Source: a virus
Length of the DNA: 64,000 nt
Virus record (IMG/VR): IMGVR_UViG_3300032323_001119
Span: 46,438 to 110,437 of that record
Reading direction: 5' to 3' (one strand)
The position numbers were made by a program, and so were the translations under genes. The notes under the pieces are model-generated. The model did no database searches and was not told the origin of the DNA. It saw nothing but the letters and a program-made list of their open reading frames with translations. Each line of letters opens with the position of its first letter. Position 1 is the stretch's first letter. Positions 7,405-15,854 of this stretch are shown here, one piece after another.

Positions 7405-9206
7405 ATTATCTCCATACTTTCTATAGATCTAGCTAAACTTTCTGGCATTCTTGGTGCACGAATCATGTTTTGGACATACTCTACTTCACCGTCGTTTCTG
7501 TTGGCAAAATCGTTATCGTAACTCATTGATTCGTAATCATGAATCTTTATTTCTTCATCCCTTTTTATTCTACTTCTGCTTATAGCATTATATATAGCCC
7601 CACATACAGCGTCAGCTAAATCTTTAGAGCCTTTTCTTGGGTGATCTACTTTATCTCTCATAATTCTTAATTGAAGTAATTCGTCTATAAGCAAGGGTAT
7701 GTGTGGACCAGATAATCTTTCTTCTAGTACAACCATAGCCATGTCGTCATAATGTTTTTTTGCAACAGAAAGGATTTCTGTATTAATGCCATATGTTTTT
7801 AGTTGCTGCATCATATCGTGAGAATTCCATCTGTCAAATGTACAGACTTTTATGTTGAACCCCCTAGTTTTTAAAGAAAGGATATAGTCTTTTACTTCTG
7901 TAAAGTCTACAGACTTATCTGGTGTTGGCGTCCAAAATCTAACTGCATCAATTTCTACAATAGGTGCTGGCTGGTTATATGTATCTGTCACCTTTATGTC
8001 AACCCATTTATTTACATGTCCCATTGCTACTGCACAATGATCATGCTTTTGAGCTAAGTCTACATGTATAAAGTAATCTTTTCCTTCTTCTGGCTTAAAC
8101 CATTCCTCAAGCCTTCCAAAATTATCTACTGCTAGGTGAGCTTTATTAAATGCCTTTTCAATTTTTTCTCTAGACTTAAAAAATGCATCAACTGCATCTG
8201 ATGGCATGCATGCAAATCTTCCTAGTGCGTCCGCTGGATTTTTATGAAATGCAACAGTAAAATCTGTTATTTTTTTGGTAGGATTAACTTCCCACGTTGG
8301 TCTTTTTAAAGCAAACACTCTTGGATAAACGTAAGAAACTATATGATCCTCTTCCCATGAAACCTCAAACTCATTGCCCTCTGTACCGTCTGGAAGATCT
8401 TGGTCTAGCTTTAATATTTCTGTTCTAATTATTGTTTCTTTTTCTGCTATCACAGACTGATAAAATTTTTGTATAGGGTCATTTTTAAAACGAGGGAAGG
8501 AAAGCAGTATCACCTTACCGAAATCTGGAAAACGAGAATCTACAGATGCACGATACATATCGTATATGGCATCTGCTGTTTTTGCTTGGTCATGGCCGCT
8601 TGTATTCTCTGTTGCAAATCCAGAAATTTCATCAAGGATAACTACAAGAACGTTGTAACCTTCCCAAGCTTCTCTTTCAGAGTGACCTGAATGAACGGTT
8701 ATTGATTTATCAAATTTAATCTCTGATGCTTTATCTGTATATTTTCCAGCAAACCATGGAGACGACTCAATACGCATCTTAAATCCTTTAAAGAAAACAT
8801 TGTTTGCCTGCTGTGCGTTAATTGCAATATTAAGTATGTCTATTGCATCTCTTGGTGGCTTACCATAATATGCTGCTGGATCTTTTAAGCACAGCAATAA
8901 ATAAACAATGTATGCTACGGCAATAGTAGAAGAGTAATCTTTGCCAGAACCTTTTCCTAGCTGAGCAATAACCTCGACACAAGTTTGCCTAAACATCTGC
9001 TTTCCAAGATCTTCTCCGTAAAGTTTTATCAAAGTAGATTCTTTATATATCTGAGAACTTCTTGCAATTAAAGTGTACTGATTTTCAGACAGTGGGGGTA
9101 GGCCTAAATAGTCTGGGCTTGTAACAAAAGTTTTAAGGTCTACTGGCCTTTCTTCAAACTCTTCCCCGTCAAGAATCTCTATAAAATCAGAAAAATCAAA
9201 CGCCAT
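7401..9206 (-). CDS. terL: Terminase large subunit
   Basis: Walker A GKGSGKD, Walker B VVILDE, nuclease HVDLA...D, FDRWNS, KVDHPRKGSKDLADA. Confidence 0.9.
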   Translation of the reverse strand: MAFDFSDFIEILDGEEFEERPVDLKTFVTSPDYLGLPPLSENQYTLIARSSQIYKESTLIKLYGEDLGKQMFRQTCVEVIAQLGKGSGKDYSSTIAVAYIVYLLLCLKDPAAYYGKPPRDAIDILNIAINAQQANNVFFKGFKMRIESSPWFAGKYTDKASEIKFDKSITVHSGHSEREAWEGYNVLVVILDEISGFATENTSGHDQAKTADAIYDMYRASVDSRFPDFGKVILLSFPRFKNDPIQKFYQSVIAEKETIIRTEILKLDQDLPDGTEGNEFEVSWEEDHIVSYVYPRVFALKRPTWEVNPTKKITDFTVAFHKNPADALGRFACMPSDAVDAFFKSREKIEKAFNKAHLAVDNFGRLEEWFKPEEGKDYFIHVDLAQKHDHCAVAMGHVNKWVDIKVTDTYNQPAPIVEIDAVRFWTPTPDKSVDFTEVKDYILSLKTRGFNIKVCTFDRWNSHDMMQQLKTYGINTEILSVAKKHYDDMAMVVLEERLSGPHIPLLIDELLQLRIMRDKVDHPRKGSKDLADAVCGAIYNAISRSRIKRDEEIKIHDYESMSYDNDFANRNDGEVEYVQNMIRAPRMPESLARSIESMEII

Positions 9207-9735
9207 GCGACTCTTCAATTATTGTTATAGGCTCTACTATCCCAGTTATTTGAGACAGGCGTTTTGCCACTTCTATTTTGCAATGACTGCAGCTTGACGT
9301 TACTTCTTTTAATATGCCGACAAGCATCTCTTGCTTTCTTTCTGTTTCTAAAATCTGAGAAGCCATCTCATTGTTTTCTAAAACACCAACAGATTGAAGC
9401 ATAGCTATTCTTTTATTTTCTATGTCCGCAATCAACTTTAATGTGCCAGACTTTACATTTAATTGGCCTTGCGTGTCTGCATCTTCTACAGTCTTCCAGG
9501 CCTCTTTAATTAGCATATCGTAATGTTGATCTGCACCCATTAGTGCTTCTTTGGCTCTGTCTCTAACATTAGTGTCGTTATGGACTACAGACTTCCACTC
9601 ATCAATATATTCAAGTACTTCTTTGCGAGTAAATCCAGTAAGGGTGGCTATTTGTGTTGCTGAGCTTCCCTTGAGTAGCTCTGAAACAACCCTATTCATC
9701 TTGTCAAAGTGTACTGAAGGCTCTATTTCGGTCAT
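9196..9735 (-). CDS. HTH protein, probable terminase small subunit
   Basis: N-terminal HTH (ATQIATLTGFTRKEV), helical body, directly upstream of and overlapping terL. Confidence 0.55.
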   Translation of the reverse strand: MTEIEPSVHFDKMNRVVSELLKGSSATQIATLTGFTRKEVLEYIDEWKSVVHNDTNVRDRAKEALMGADQHYDMLIKEAWKTVEDADTQGQLNVKSGTLKLIADIENKRIAMLQSVGVLENNEMASQILETERKQEMLVGILKEVTSSCSHCKIEVAKRLSQITGIVEPITIIEESHGV

Positions 9736-9741
9736 TTATTA

Positions 9742-9770
9742 AGTATACTTCTAGTTGACTAAAATGTCAA
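9742..9770 (-). promoter_or_regulatory. Leaderless sigma70-type promoter
   Basis: TTGACA-17-TATACT-6 nt-ATG(9735). Confidence 0.75.
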
Positions 9771-9917
9771 TTAACGCTTTACTTTTATGCCAAATTTTTC
9801 TATATATCTTTGTATTGTCATGGCAGATACACCGCACTCTTTTGATATGTCAACAATATTTTTTTTCTGAATTATATATCTATTGTAAAGCCAAGCCTTA
9901 TCCTGATACAATTTCAT
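9771..9917 (-). CDS. Small HTH DNA-binding protein (48 aa)
   Basis: Read by hand: MKLYQDKAWLYNRYIIQKKNIVDISKECGVSAMTIQRYIEKFGIKVKR; ATGA overlap with the RuvC-like gene. Confidence 0.7.
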   Translation of the reverse strand: MKLYQDKAWLYNRYIIQKKNIVDISKECGVSAMTIQRYIEKFGIKVKR

Positions 9918-10480
9918 CTTTTAGTAAGCTCCTTATTGGCATAATGTGCGATCCCAAATGAATCAGCTACATCAAAATCTTCTATAGATAAATTATACTT
10001 TGAATTAAAATAGTTTGCAGTTCTTTGCTTCCTCATATTTCTTATCTGGTTCTTGTACCATGAGTCTGCATACCCTGGATTAGCTAATCTTATTCCCGCT
10101 TTTTCTTCTTTTGTAGGATTTTTATTTCCTATATATGCCTGCCATGAAGTTGGAGATATTGTTATAACCTTTGCACCAGTTGACATAAGCTCTGCAATTA
10201 CAACTCCATATACATAAGAAAGCTTTATGACGGCATCTGCTGATCTTACTAAAACTGCACCTTCAACTGCAATATAGTCCGCTTGTAATTCATCTAGCAT
10301 AACGCTCATCTTTATTTTTGCATCATATATTTTTTCGTATATGTCGTTACCAGATAAATTTATTTTGCCCCATTTTAAAGGAATGTCATTTTCCATCAAA
10401 CAAAACGCAATAGAGCTTGTAGATGCGTCTATGCCAAGAACTCTGGATGCTTTAGTTTTTACCAGACTAGCCAATGTCAT
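9914..10480 (-). CDS. RuvC-like Holliday junction resolvase
   Basis: VLGIDAS, IAVEG, DVADSFGIA acidic catalytic motifs. Confidence 0.85.
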   Translation of the reverse strand: MTLASLVKTKASRVLGIDASTSSIAFCLMENDIPLKWGKINLSGNDIYEKIYDAKIKMSVMLDELQADYIAVEGAVLVRSADAVIKLSYVYGVVIAELMSTGAKVITISPTSWQAYIGNKNPTKEEKAGIRLANPGYADSWYKNQIRNMRKQRTANYFNSKYNLSIEDFDVADSFGIAHYANKELTKR

Positions 10481-10745
10481 CGACTATTCCCATCAATGTA
10501 TTTTTATTTTTGTTGTGCTTAGACTTTATGCATTTAGCGCAGTACAATTCTGAATTATATCTGCTTAAAAATCCTGGGCAGCCTTTGCATTTTCTGGGAG
10601 CTCCATTTTTGATTGCTTTTTTTTCATAATATTTTTCCATTATTCTTTTATTTGTTGCAACCCTGCAGCACTCGTCAGAACAATATTTTTGATTATGAGT
10701 CTTTGACTCAAAGTTTTTAGCGCACTCAGAATTTAAACAAATCAT
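10467..10745 (-). CDS. Cys-rich zinc-finger protein
   Basis: CxxxxC, YCSDEC, CKGC, CAKC. Confidence 0.7.
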   Translation of the reverse strand: MICLNSECAKNFESKTHNQKYCSDECCRVATNKRIMEKYYEKKAIKNGAPRKCKGCPGFLSRYNSELYCAKCIKSKHNKNKNTLMGIVDDIG

Positions 10746-11533
10746 TACTTCACAACCTTCATTAAATCAATTTCTATTGTGCCAGGATTAGAGCCTTTTG
10801 CCCAGCATTCTTTTTTGACTGGACAATATGTGCAAGGTAGCTTATATTTGGTAGCGCCTTCTGGTCGTTTTGGAAGATCTCCCTCTATAAAGTTGTCCCA
10901 CACATCCCTCATCCACTGAAATGCGTCTTCAATTATCTTTTTATTTTTATCATTCATAGAAATTGGAATGATCAATATCTCTTGAGTATTTTTATTTTCA
11001 TACAAGAAGAAGCCTTCTTTAGCATTCTTTAGCTTCATGTATGTGAGCAACTGAAGCATATGGTTAGGAGAAGACTTCATCTCTGCCTGCCTAGTATCCC
11101 ATACCTCTTGCTTGGCTGTTTTAATTTCACCAATGACTGTCTCACCATCATACTCCATGATCAAGTCTATAAAGCCACGGATTGGAGGGTATTCGTTTAT
11201 AATTTCTTCTTCTTCTGCCCGCCACTCTGGCATAGTCTTAATTAGGTTCTGTAGCCTCTCATGAGCTTGTGTTCCCTGAGCCATATTGGCTACAGCAACA
11301 GCATCGTTGTCATCAATAAACACTGCACCAGTAAATGCCATATACCAATATCTTGGACAGGTTCCGTGACCATAACCTAGAGAGCTTGGACTAAAAGATT
11401 TTTTAGTGGTGTCTCCATCTGGACGTTTTGTATTTCTATAAGACTCATCAAGCAGTTGTGCAAATCTTTCTGGGTCAAAGAAGTTGCCAGTATGTTTTTT
11501 AAACTTAAGGTTCTTTACAATATCTCTAGCCAC
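10745..11533 (-). CDS. Cas4-like PD-(D/E)XK exonuclease
   Basis: N-terminal CPR, GFIDL, GEIKT, QLLTY, C-terminal CTYCPVKKEC (Fe-S cysteines). Confidence 0.85.
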   Translation of the reverse strand: MARDIVKNLKFKKHTGNFFDPERFAQLLDESYRNTKRPDGDTTKKSFSPSSLGYGHGTCPRYWYMAFTGAVFIDDNDAVAVANMAQGTQAHERLQNLIKTMPEWRAEEEEIINEYPPIRGFIDLIMEYDGETVIGEIKTAKQEVWDTRQAEMKSSPNHMLQLLTYMKLKNAKEGFFLYENKNTQEILIIPISMNDKNKKIIEDAFQWMRDVWDNFIEGDLPKRPEGATKYKLPCTYCPVKKECWAKGSNPGTIEIDLMKVVK

Positions 11534-11872
11534 TTATGAATTATACCTAACGACATATTTAAGTGCATCTACGAGTTTGTCTATGGACTCCTTAACTGAG
11601 TAATAAATATTCTTCTTGTTATTATTAACTGTACCAGCCTTGTCTTTAGCAATTGTTGAATATACTGACGCAAGCACAGCAAATTTTGTAGACATGGCCT
11701 GAAGCTCCATAATTAAATGTGGAGCTTTTGCAGACGGAACATCAGGATTCATTAGAATCTTTACAACAATAGCAAGAGCTTTATCAAGATGCTCGTCATG
11801 CATGAATTCATGCAGATCATTAAACTCTGTGATATCACTAATTAGCTCTAAAGTGTTTTTATCTTCTGGCAT
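11534..11872 (-). CDS. Hypothetical protein
   Basis: 112-aa helical ORF inside the operon. Confidence 0.65.
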   Translation of the reverse strand: MPEDKNTLELISDITEFNDLHEFMHDEHLDKALAIVVKILMNPDVPSAKAPHLIMELQAMSTKFAVLASVYSTIAKDKAGTVNNNKKNIYYSVKESIDKLVDALKYVVRYNS

Positions 11873-11975
11873 CTTTAATCCTTCTATCTATCTTGTCTAT
11901 AAACAGCCCTAGGCCATATCCTAGTGATACACCAATTAAAAATCCTAGAAAAAATGGGTAAACGCTAGACATCAT
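11859..11975 (-). CDS. Small membrane protein (38 aa)
   Basis: Read by hand: MMSSVYPFFLGFLIGVSLGYGLGLFIDKIDRRIKDARR; fills the gap between flanking genes. Confidence 0.55.
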   Translation of the reverse strand: MMSSVYPFFLGFLIGVSLGYGLGLFIDKIDRRIKDARR

Positions 11976-11980
11976 AAATG

Positions 11981-12916
11981 CTACCCCTTCCAAGTTTCAA
12001 CACTTTTAGGGAAAAAGGGTATTCCGTTGCCATGCATTCTTTCATGAACTGAAACCCCTGGAAGATAAACATCTTTTTGGTATAGCCCTAGCAGGTCTTC
12101 AGTTTCTCTAATTATTTCTTGCATTGCTTCCCATTGCTCTTTACCAAACTTTGCTTGACCCTCTTTGTATCTATCTGATCCAGAGTGGTACCATAACAAA
12201 AAGTTTCTAATAAGGTATTTATCTTTATTTTTTAATGGAAAAGCTGCATGAAAGAATGGTTTTGCAGACGGGAATATAATCATATCCCCCTTTTCTGGTT
12301 TATAGTTTACTATGGTGCTATCAAATTCGTTTAGGAAAGATATTTCTCCACCTTCATAATCATCATTTAAATAAATTGTTCCAGTAATAATAGCCTTTGG
12401 TCCAGCTGCATCTTTTGAATTAAATGCATCTAGATGATATCCAATAGCAAGCTCAAGGCCTTCTATTTGGTGATCATGCCTTAAAAATTCAACTGATCCT
12501 TTTAACCAGCCCTCTTCTCCTTCGCTTCCACTAAACTTATCAAAATTTTCCCAGTCGCTTGCAAATTCTCCAAAGACATACTTCCAGTCGTCATGATATG
12601 TTGCATTTGGATTTATATACTTTTTAATTATATCGTCGTGAACCCATTCTGATATATAATCTTTGTAGCCAGAAATTAATGTGTCATTAACTGTGTTATA
12701 CACCTCTAGATGCTTTTTTTCTTCTTCAGTTAAGTTATGATTCCCACTAAAATTCATTCTAGTTCTTGTGCCTAGCTCATACCATGGCTCCCACTCTAAA
12801 AATATATTAGATGTATTGAAGCTTTTAACTGATTCTAAAAGCCCATCTACATCTTCAAAAACGTTTTTATATAGATTAACAAAAGGTATGATTGTTTTTT
12901 TATTAGATAAGTTCAT
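11981..12916 (-). CDS. 2OG-Fe(II) oxygenase, prolyl-hydroxylase-like
   Basis: YHLD, YLNDDYEGGEI, IFPS..PFFH, distal K. Confidence 0.85.
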   Translation of the reverse strand: MNLSNKKTIIPFVNLYKNVFEDVDGLLESVKSFNTSNIFLEWEPWYELGTRTRMNFSGNHNLTEEEKKHLEVYNTVNDTLISGYKDYISEWVHDDIIKKYINPNATYHDDWKYVFGEFASDWENFDKFSGSEGEEGWLKGSVEFLRHDHQIEGLELAIGYHLDAFNSKDAAGPKAIITGTIYLNDDYEGGEISFLNEFDSTIVNYKPEKGDMIIFPSAKPFFHAAFPLKNKDKYLIRNFLLWYHSGSDRYKEGQAKFGKEQWEAMQEIIRETEDLLGLYQKDVYLPGVSVHERMHGNGIPFFPKSVETWKG

Positions 12917-13214
12917 TGTTTTTCTCCCAAAATTGTATTAGTTCTTCTAGTACTGCCCACTCTATTATACCAAGTCTTACCTTGGATTCGCTTCCTATTA
13001 TTATTTTTAAAGCTGGGTGCATGTCCCTATTAACTTTAAATGTATCTGTACAAATCTTTGCCCAAACTTCTTTATTTAAAGTAAATGATTTGTTGGCCTC
13101 CTTGTAGTCTACAAGGAACTGATTCCACTGGGCATCACCTTTTTGATAATCTCCCCTTCCAGAATTTTTTTGGGCTTTTGCCCCATCTCTTTTTACTTCA
13201 GACCTTTCAGACAT
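12903..13214 (-). CDS. PD-(D/E)XK resolvase-like nuclease
   Basis: NSGRG..KGDA...VDYKE pattern typical of phage Hjc-like proteins. Confidence 0.6.
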   Translation of the reverse strand: MSERSEVKRDGAKAQKNSGRGDYQKGDAQWNQFLVDYKEANKSFTLNKEVWAKICTDTFKVNRDMHPALKIIIGSESKVRLGIIEWAVLEELIQFWEKNNELI

Positions 13215-13221
13215 ATAAATA

Positions 13222-14028
13222 CTATTCCACTATGCTTTCTACAGGTGTTACTTTTATAAGCTGCAGATCATTTCTTACATACTCTTCTTCCTTTTGCTTT
13301 ATTTTATTCCAGTCTAGCATTTCTCCTGGAATATTTTTTATGCTATATTCAAAAAATGATCTTAAGAAATACCTGCTATGATTTCTGTAAGATTTAACTG
13401 CATGGTAAAATGGATATGTCGAAGGCATAATTACCGCATCGCCAGGTCTTGGCTTATACTGATAGCTTTTATTTGACAATGAATCATACATACAAATTTC
13501 TCCTCCGTCGTACTCATCATTAAGATAAAAATTAATTGTTGCAACTTCCCTTGACTCTTTAAACTGACCTGGAATAATAAACTCGTCTACATGATATGGC
13601 ATCATTATTTGATCTTTATCGAGCTCTGAGCTTGTGTGAAGTGTGTATTTAAAATAATCAATATACTTTGTTCCAGGGTATTGATCAAAAGCAGACCAGT
13701 CGTTTATATACTCTGGCCATATACCATTGCTTGCTTTAAAATCATTAAAGTAGTCTTTGTATATAAACTCTAGGCATCTTGATATTTCATCCATAAAAAA
13801 TTTTTCTTTTTTTAGTGGTTCTGGACTTAAATCATTAACCTCTGAGTAGTAGCTATATGGAACATCTTTTCTAATTCCTTGCCCATACCATTCTCTCCAT
13901 TTTGAAAACTTAGAATTCTCTGTGTCTTCTTCAAGAAGCTCTATTAAGCTATCGCTGTACTTAAAAATGTTTTTGTATATAACAATTTGAGGTGCTACTA
14001 TAACTTTTTTTATTTCAGAGTAATTCAT
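13222..14028 (-). CDS. 2OG-Fe(II) oxygenase, prolyl-hydroxylase-like
   Basis: YHVD, YLNDEYDGGEI, MPSTYPFYHAV...RY; start at MNYS. Confidence 0.85.
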   Translation of the reverse strand: MNYSEIKKVIVAPQIVIYKNIFKYSDSLIELLEEDTENSKFSKWREWYGQGIRKDVPYSYYSEVNDLSPEPLKKEKFFMDEISRCLEFIYKDYFNDFKASNGIWPEYINDWSAFDQYPGTKYIDYFKYTLHTSSELDKDQIMMPYHVDEFIIPGQFKESREVATINFYLNDEYDGGEICMYDSLSNKSYQYKPRPGDAVIMPSTYPFYHAVKSYRNHSRYFLRSFFEYSIKNIPGEMLDWNKIKQKEEEYVRNDLQLIKVTPVESIVE

Positions 14029-14029
14029 T

Positions 14030-14227
14030 TTATCCAATCTTGTGCACTGTTTCATGTCCATCAGAGCATGTCCATGACATTATTAAATTTTCAGGATCCC
14101 ACAACCCACCATCCACATCAATATTACATTTAGAACAAGGCCGCAAGCCAGGTAAGACCTCAAATGTGGAATTAAGATCTTTTTTTTCTTGAGTTTTTTT
14201 ATTTAAAAACTCATTCAAATTTGGCAT
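14030..14227 (-). CDS. Small zinc-ribbon protein
   Basis: CSKC...CSDGH. Confidence 0.6.
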   Translation of the reverse strand: MPNLNEFLNKKTQEKKDLNSTFEVLPGLRPCSKCNIDVDGGLWDPENLIMSWTCSDGHETVHKIG

Positions 14228-15215
14228 TTATTTCTTTTTCTAGTGCATGTAATACATCTGGATTCTCTTTAATGTATTGGACTGCCTTAGCCCTTCCTTG
14301 TAAGCGCTCACCATTTACTGTATACCAGGCTCCACCTTTTTCTATAACGCCACACATTTCTGCAACATCTAACGTTTCTCCAACTCTATCTACACCAAGA
14401 GCTTCCCCTTGGTAGTAAAAGTCATATTGTCCTGATAGATTTGGGGGGCCGAGTTTGTTGTAATCAATAATCCAGTTAACTGGCCTTCCGACCCTTTGCT
14501 CAATAATCTTGTCGCCAACTTTAATGCCAGCCTTGATAGCATTAGCCTCAGCTTCAGACGACCAAAGCTTAATGACGGTGGAAGAAAAGAACTTGACTGC
14601 CATGCCACCTGTTGGGATGTGACTAGCATGCATAGATCCAAACTGATTTCGTTGTTGAGATATGAGAACAAGTAGTGTGTTTTTGTTTGCATAGTTTAAC
14701 ATTTTGACTGCGTGGGTCATATCCTTTGCTTCTGCGCCTATCTGCTTGGTATCCTGCAAATCTTTCATTTCATTCCCATCTTTTTCAAAATAGATGGCTG
14801 GGAGTAAGGCTGATATTGAGTCAACAACAATCATGTCGACTCCTGCATCCATAAGTTTTGTAGCAACATCAACCATATCGTTTACTGTTTTAGCTGGAGA
14901 ATAAATAAGGGAAGACGAATCTACTCCAAGAAGCTCTGCCCATGACTGATCGTATGAAGCTTCTGCATCAATCCATGCACATGTCTTGCCTTCTTTTTGG
15001 GCCAAAGCAATCATCTGTAAGCAAAACGAGGACTTTCCAGCTGATTTATTTCCCCACACTAATACCTGTCGACCATATCCTAGACCGCCTTTAAGAGCCA
15101 TATTCAGTCCTATACTAGGTGTTAGTTGTTTTTCAACTTTTACATCTTGTGCAGACTGCACCCTAGATCTTGTTTTTGGGTCTAGCTTAGATAATATATT
15201 GTCTATAGCTATCAT
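14211..15215 (-). CDS. recA: RecA/UvsX-like recombinase
   Basis: GNKSAGKS Walker A, WIDAE, IVVDSI, PTGGMAVKFFSS, KGGAWY. Confidence 0.93.
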   Translation of the reverse strand: MIAIDNILSKLDPKTRSRVQSAQDVKVEKQLTPSIGLNMALKGGLGYGRQVLVWGNKSAGKSSFCLQMIALAQKEGKTCAWIDAEASYDQSWAELLGVDSSSLIYSPAKTVNDMVDVATKLMDAGVDMIVVDSISALLPAIYFEKDGNEMKDLQDTKQIGAEAKDMTHAVKMLNYANKNTLLVLISQQRNQFGSMHASHIPTGGMAVKFFSSTVIKLWSSEAEANAIKAGIKVGDKIIEQRVGRPVNWIIDYNKLGPPNLSGQYDFYYQGEALGVDRVGETLDVAEMCGVIEKGGAWYTVNGERLQGRAKAVQYIKENPDVLHALEKEINAKFE

Positions 15216-15592
15216 TAGTTTTTGTAAAGAGGGCTAGTGTGATCAACAAATCCTACTTCGGTTTTGTTTCTTGTGCATGTATATCCAACTAAATCTACTG
15301 GGTCATCATTATCCATGCTGTATCTAAGCTCAAAGCCAAATTCATCTGTATTTGGGTTGTAGGTTATTGCCATTGATGAGCCGTGATTGTAAATAAAATC
15401 GTTTGGCCAAAGCTGCTCGACCTCTGCCAATTCCATTAAATTTTTTCTTGGAACAGTAAGCTTTCCATAATGAGCTAAGATAGCAACTAGTGTGTTCGTT
15501 CCTTTTAGATTTGATGCAATTTTTCCGTTTAGGTCCCAATCCTCTTGAGACACATTATATCCGTTTTCATAAACAACGTCATGATCTTTCAT
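15215..15592 (-). CDS. Hypothetical protein, apparent paralogue of 15657-15854
   Basis: LVAIL..YGKLTVP...ITYNPNTDEFGFEL; own SD and TGGTATACT promoter. Confidence 0.6.
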   Translation of the reverse strand: MKDHDVVYENGYNVSQEDWDLNGKIASNLKGTNTLVAILAHYGKLTVPRKNLMELAEVEQLWPNDFIYNHGSSMAITYNPNTDEFGFELRYSMDNDDPVDLVGYTCTRNKTEVGFVDHTSPLYKN

Positions 15593-15656
15593 AATTTCTT
15601 CCTTCTTCTCTGTATTAGTATACCATTTTAAAATAGACTTGGGAATAGAATTTTCA

Positions 15657-15854
15657 TTAATCTTTTAATTTTAATTTAAAAGTAAATGTTCCATTTTCTT
15701 GATTATAATCAACTTGAAGCTCTTTATCCTCATTTGTAGCGTTTAAAAAATCTGTAACTGGTAAAGATATTTCACCAATGCTTTGAATTGTTGCAACTAA
15801 AATCTTGGCAACATTAAGCTGTGCGTACACCTCTTCAATATTTAAATCACTCAT
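15657..15854 (-). CDS. Hypothetical protein
   Basis: 65-aa ORF with ATGA coupling to dnaE. Confidence 0.65.
   Translation of the reverse strand: MSDLNIEEVYAQLNVAKILVATIQSIGEISLPVTDFLNATNEDKELQVDYNQENGTFTFKLKLKD

Noticed and set aside
10745-11533. Cas4-like gene as evidence of a CRISPR-Cas system
   Set aside because: Stand-alone Cas4-like nucleases are common in phage recombination modules; no cas1, cas2 or array was seen.
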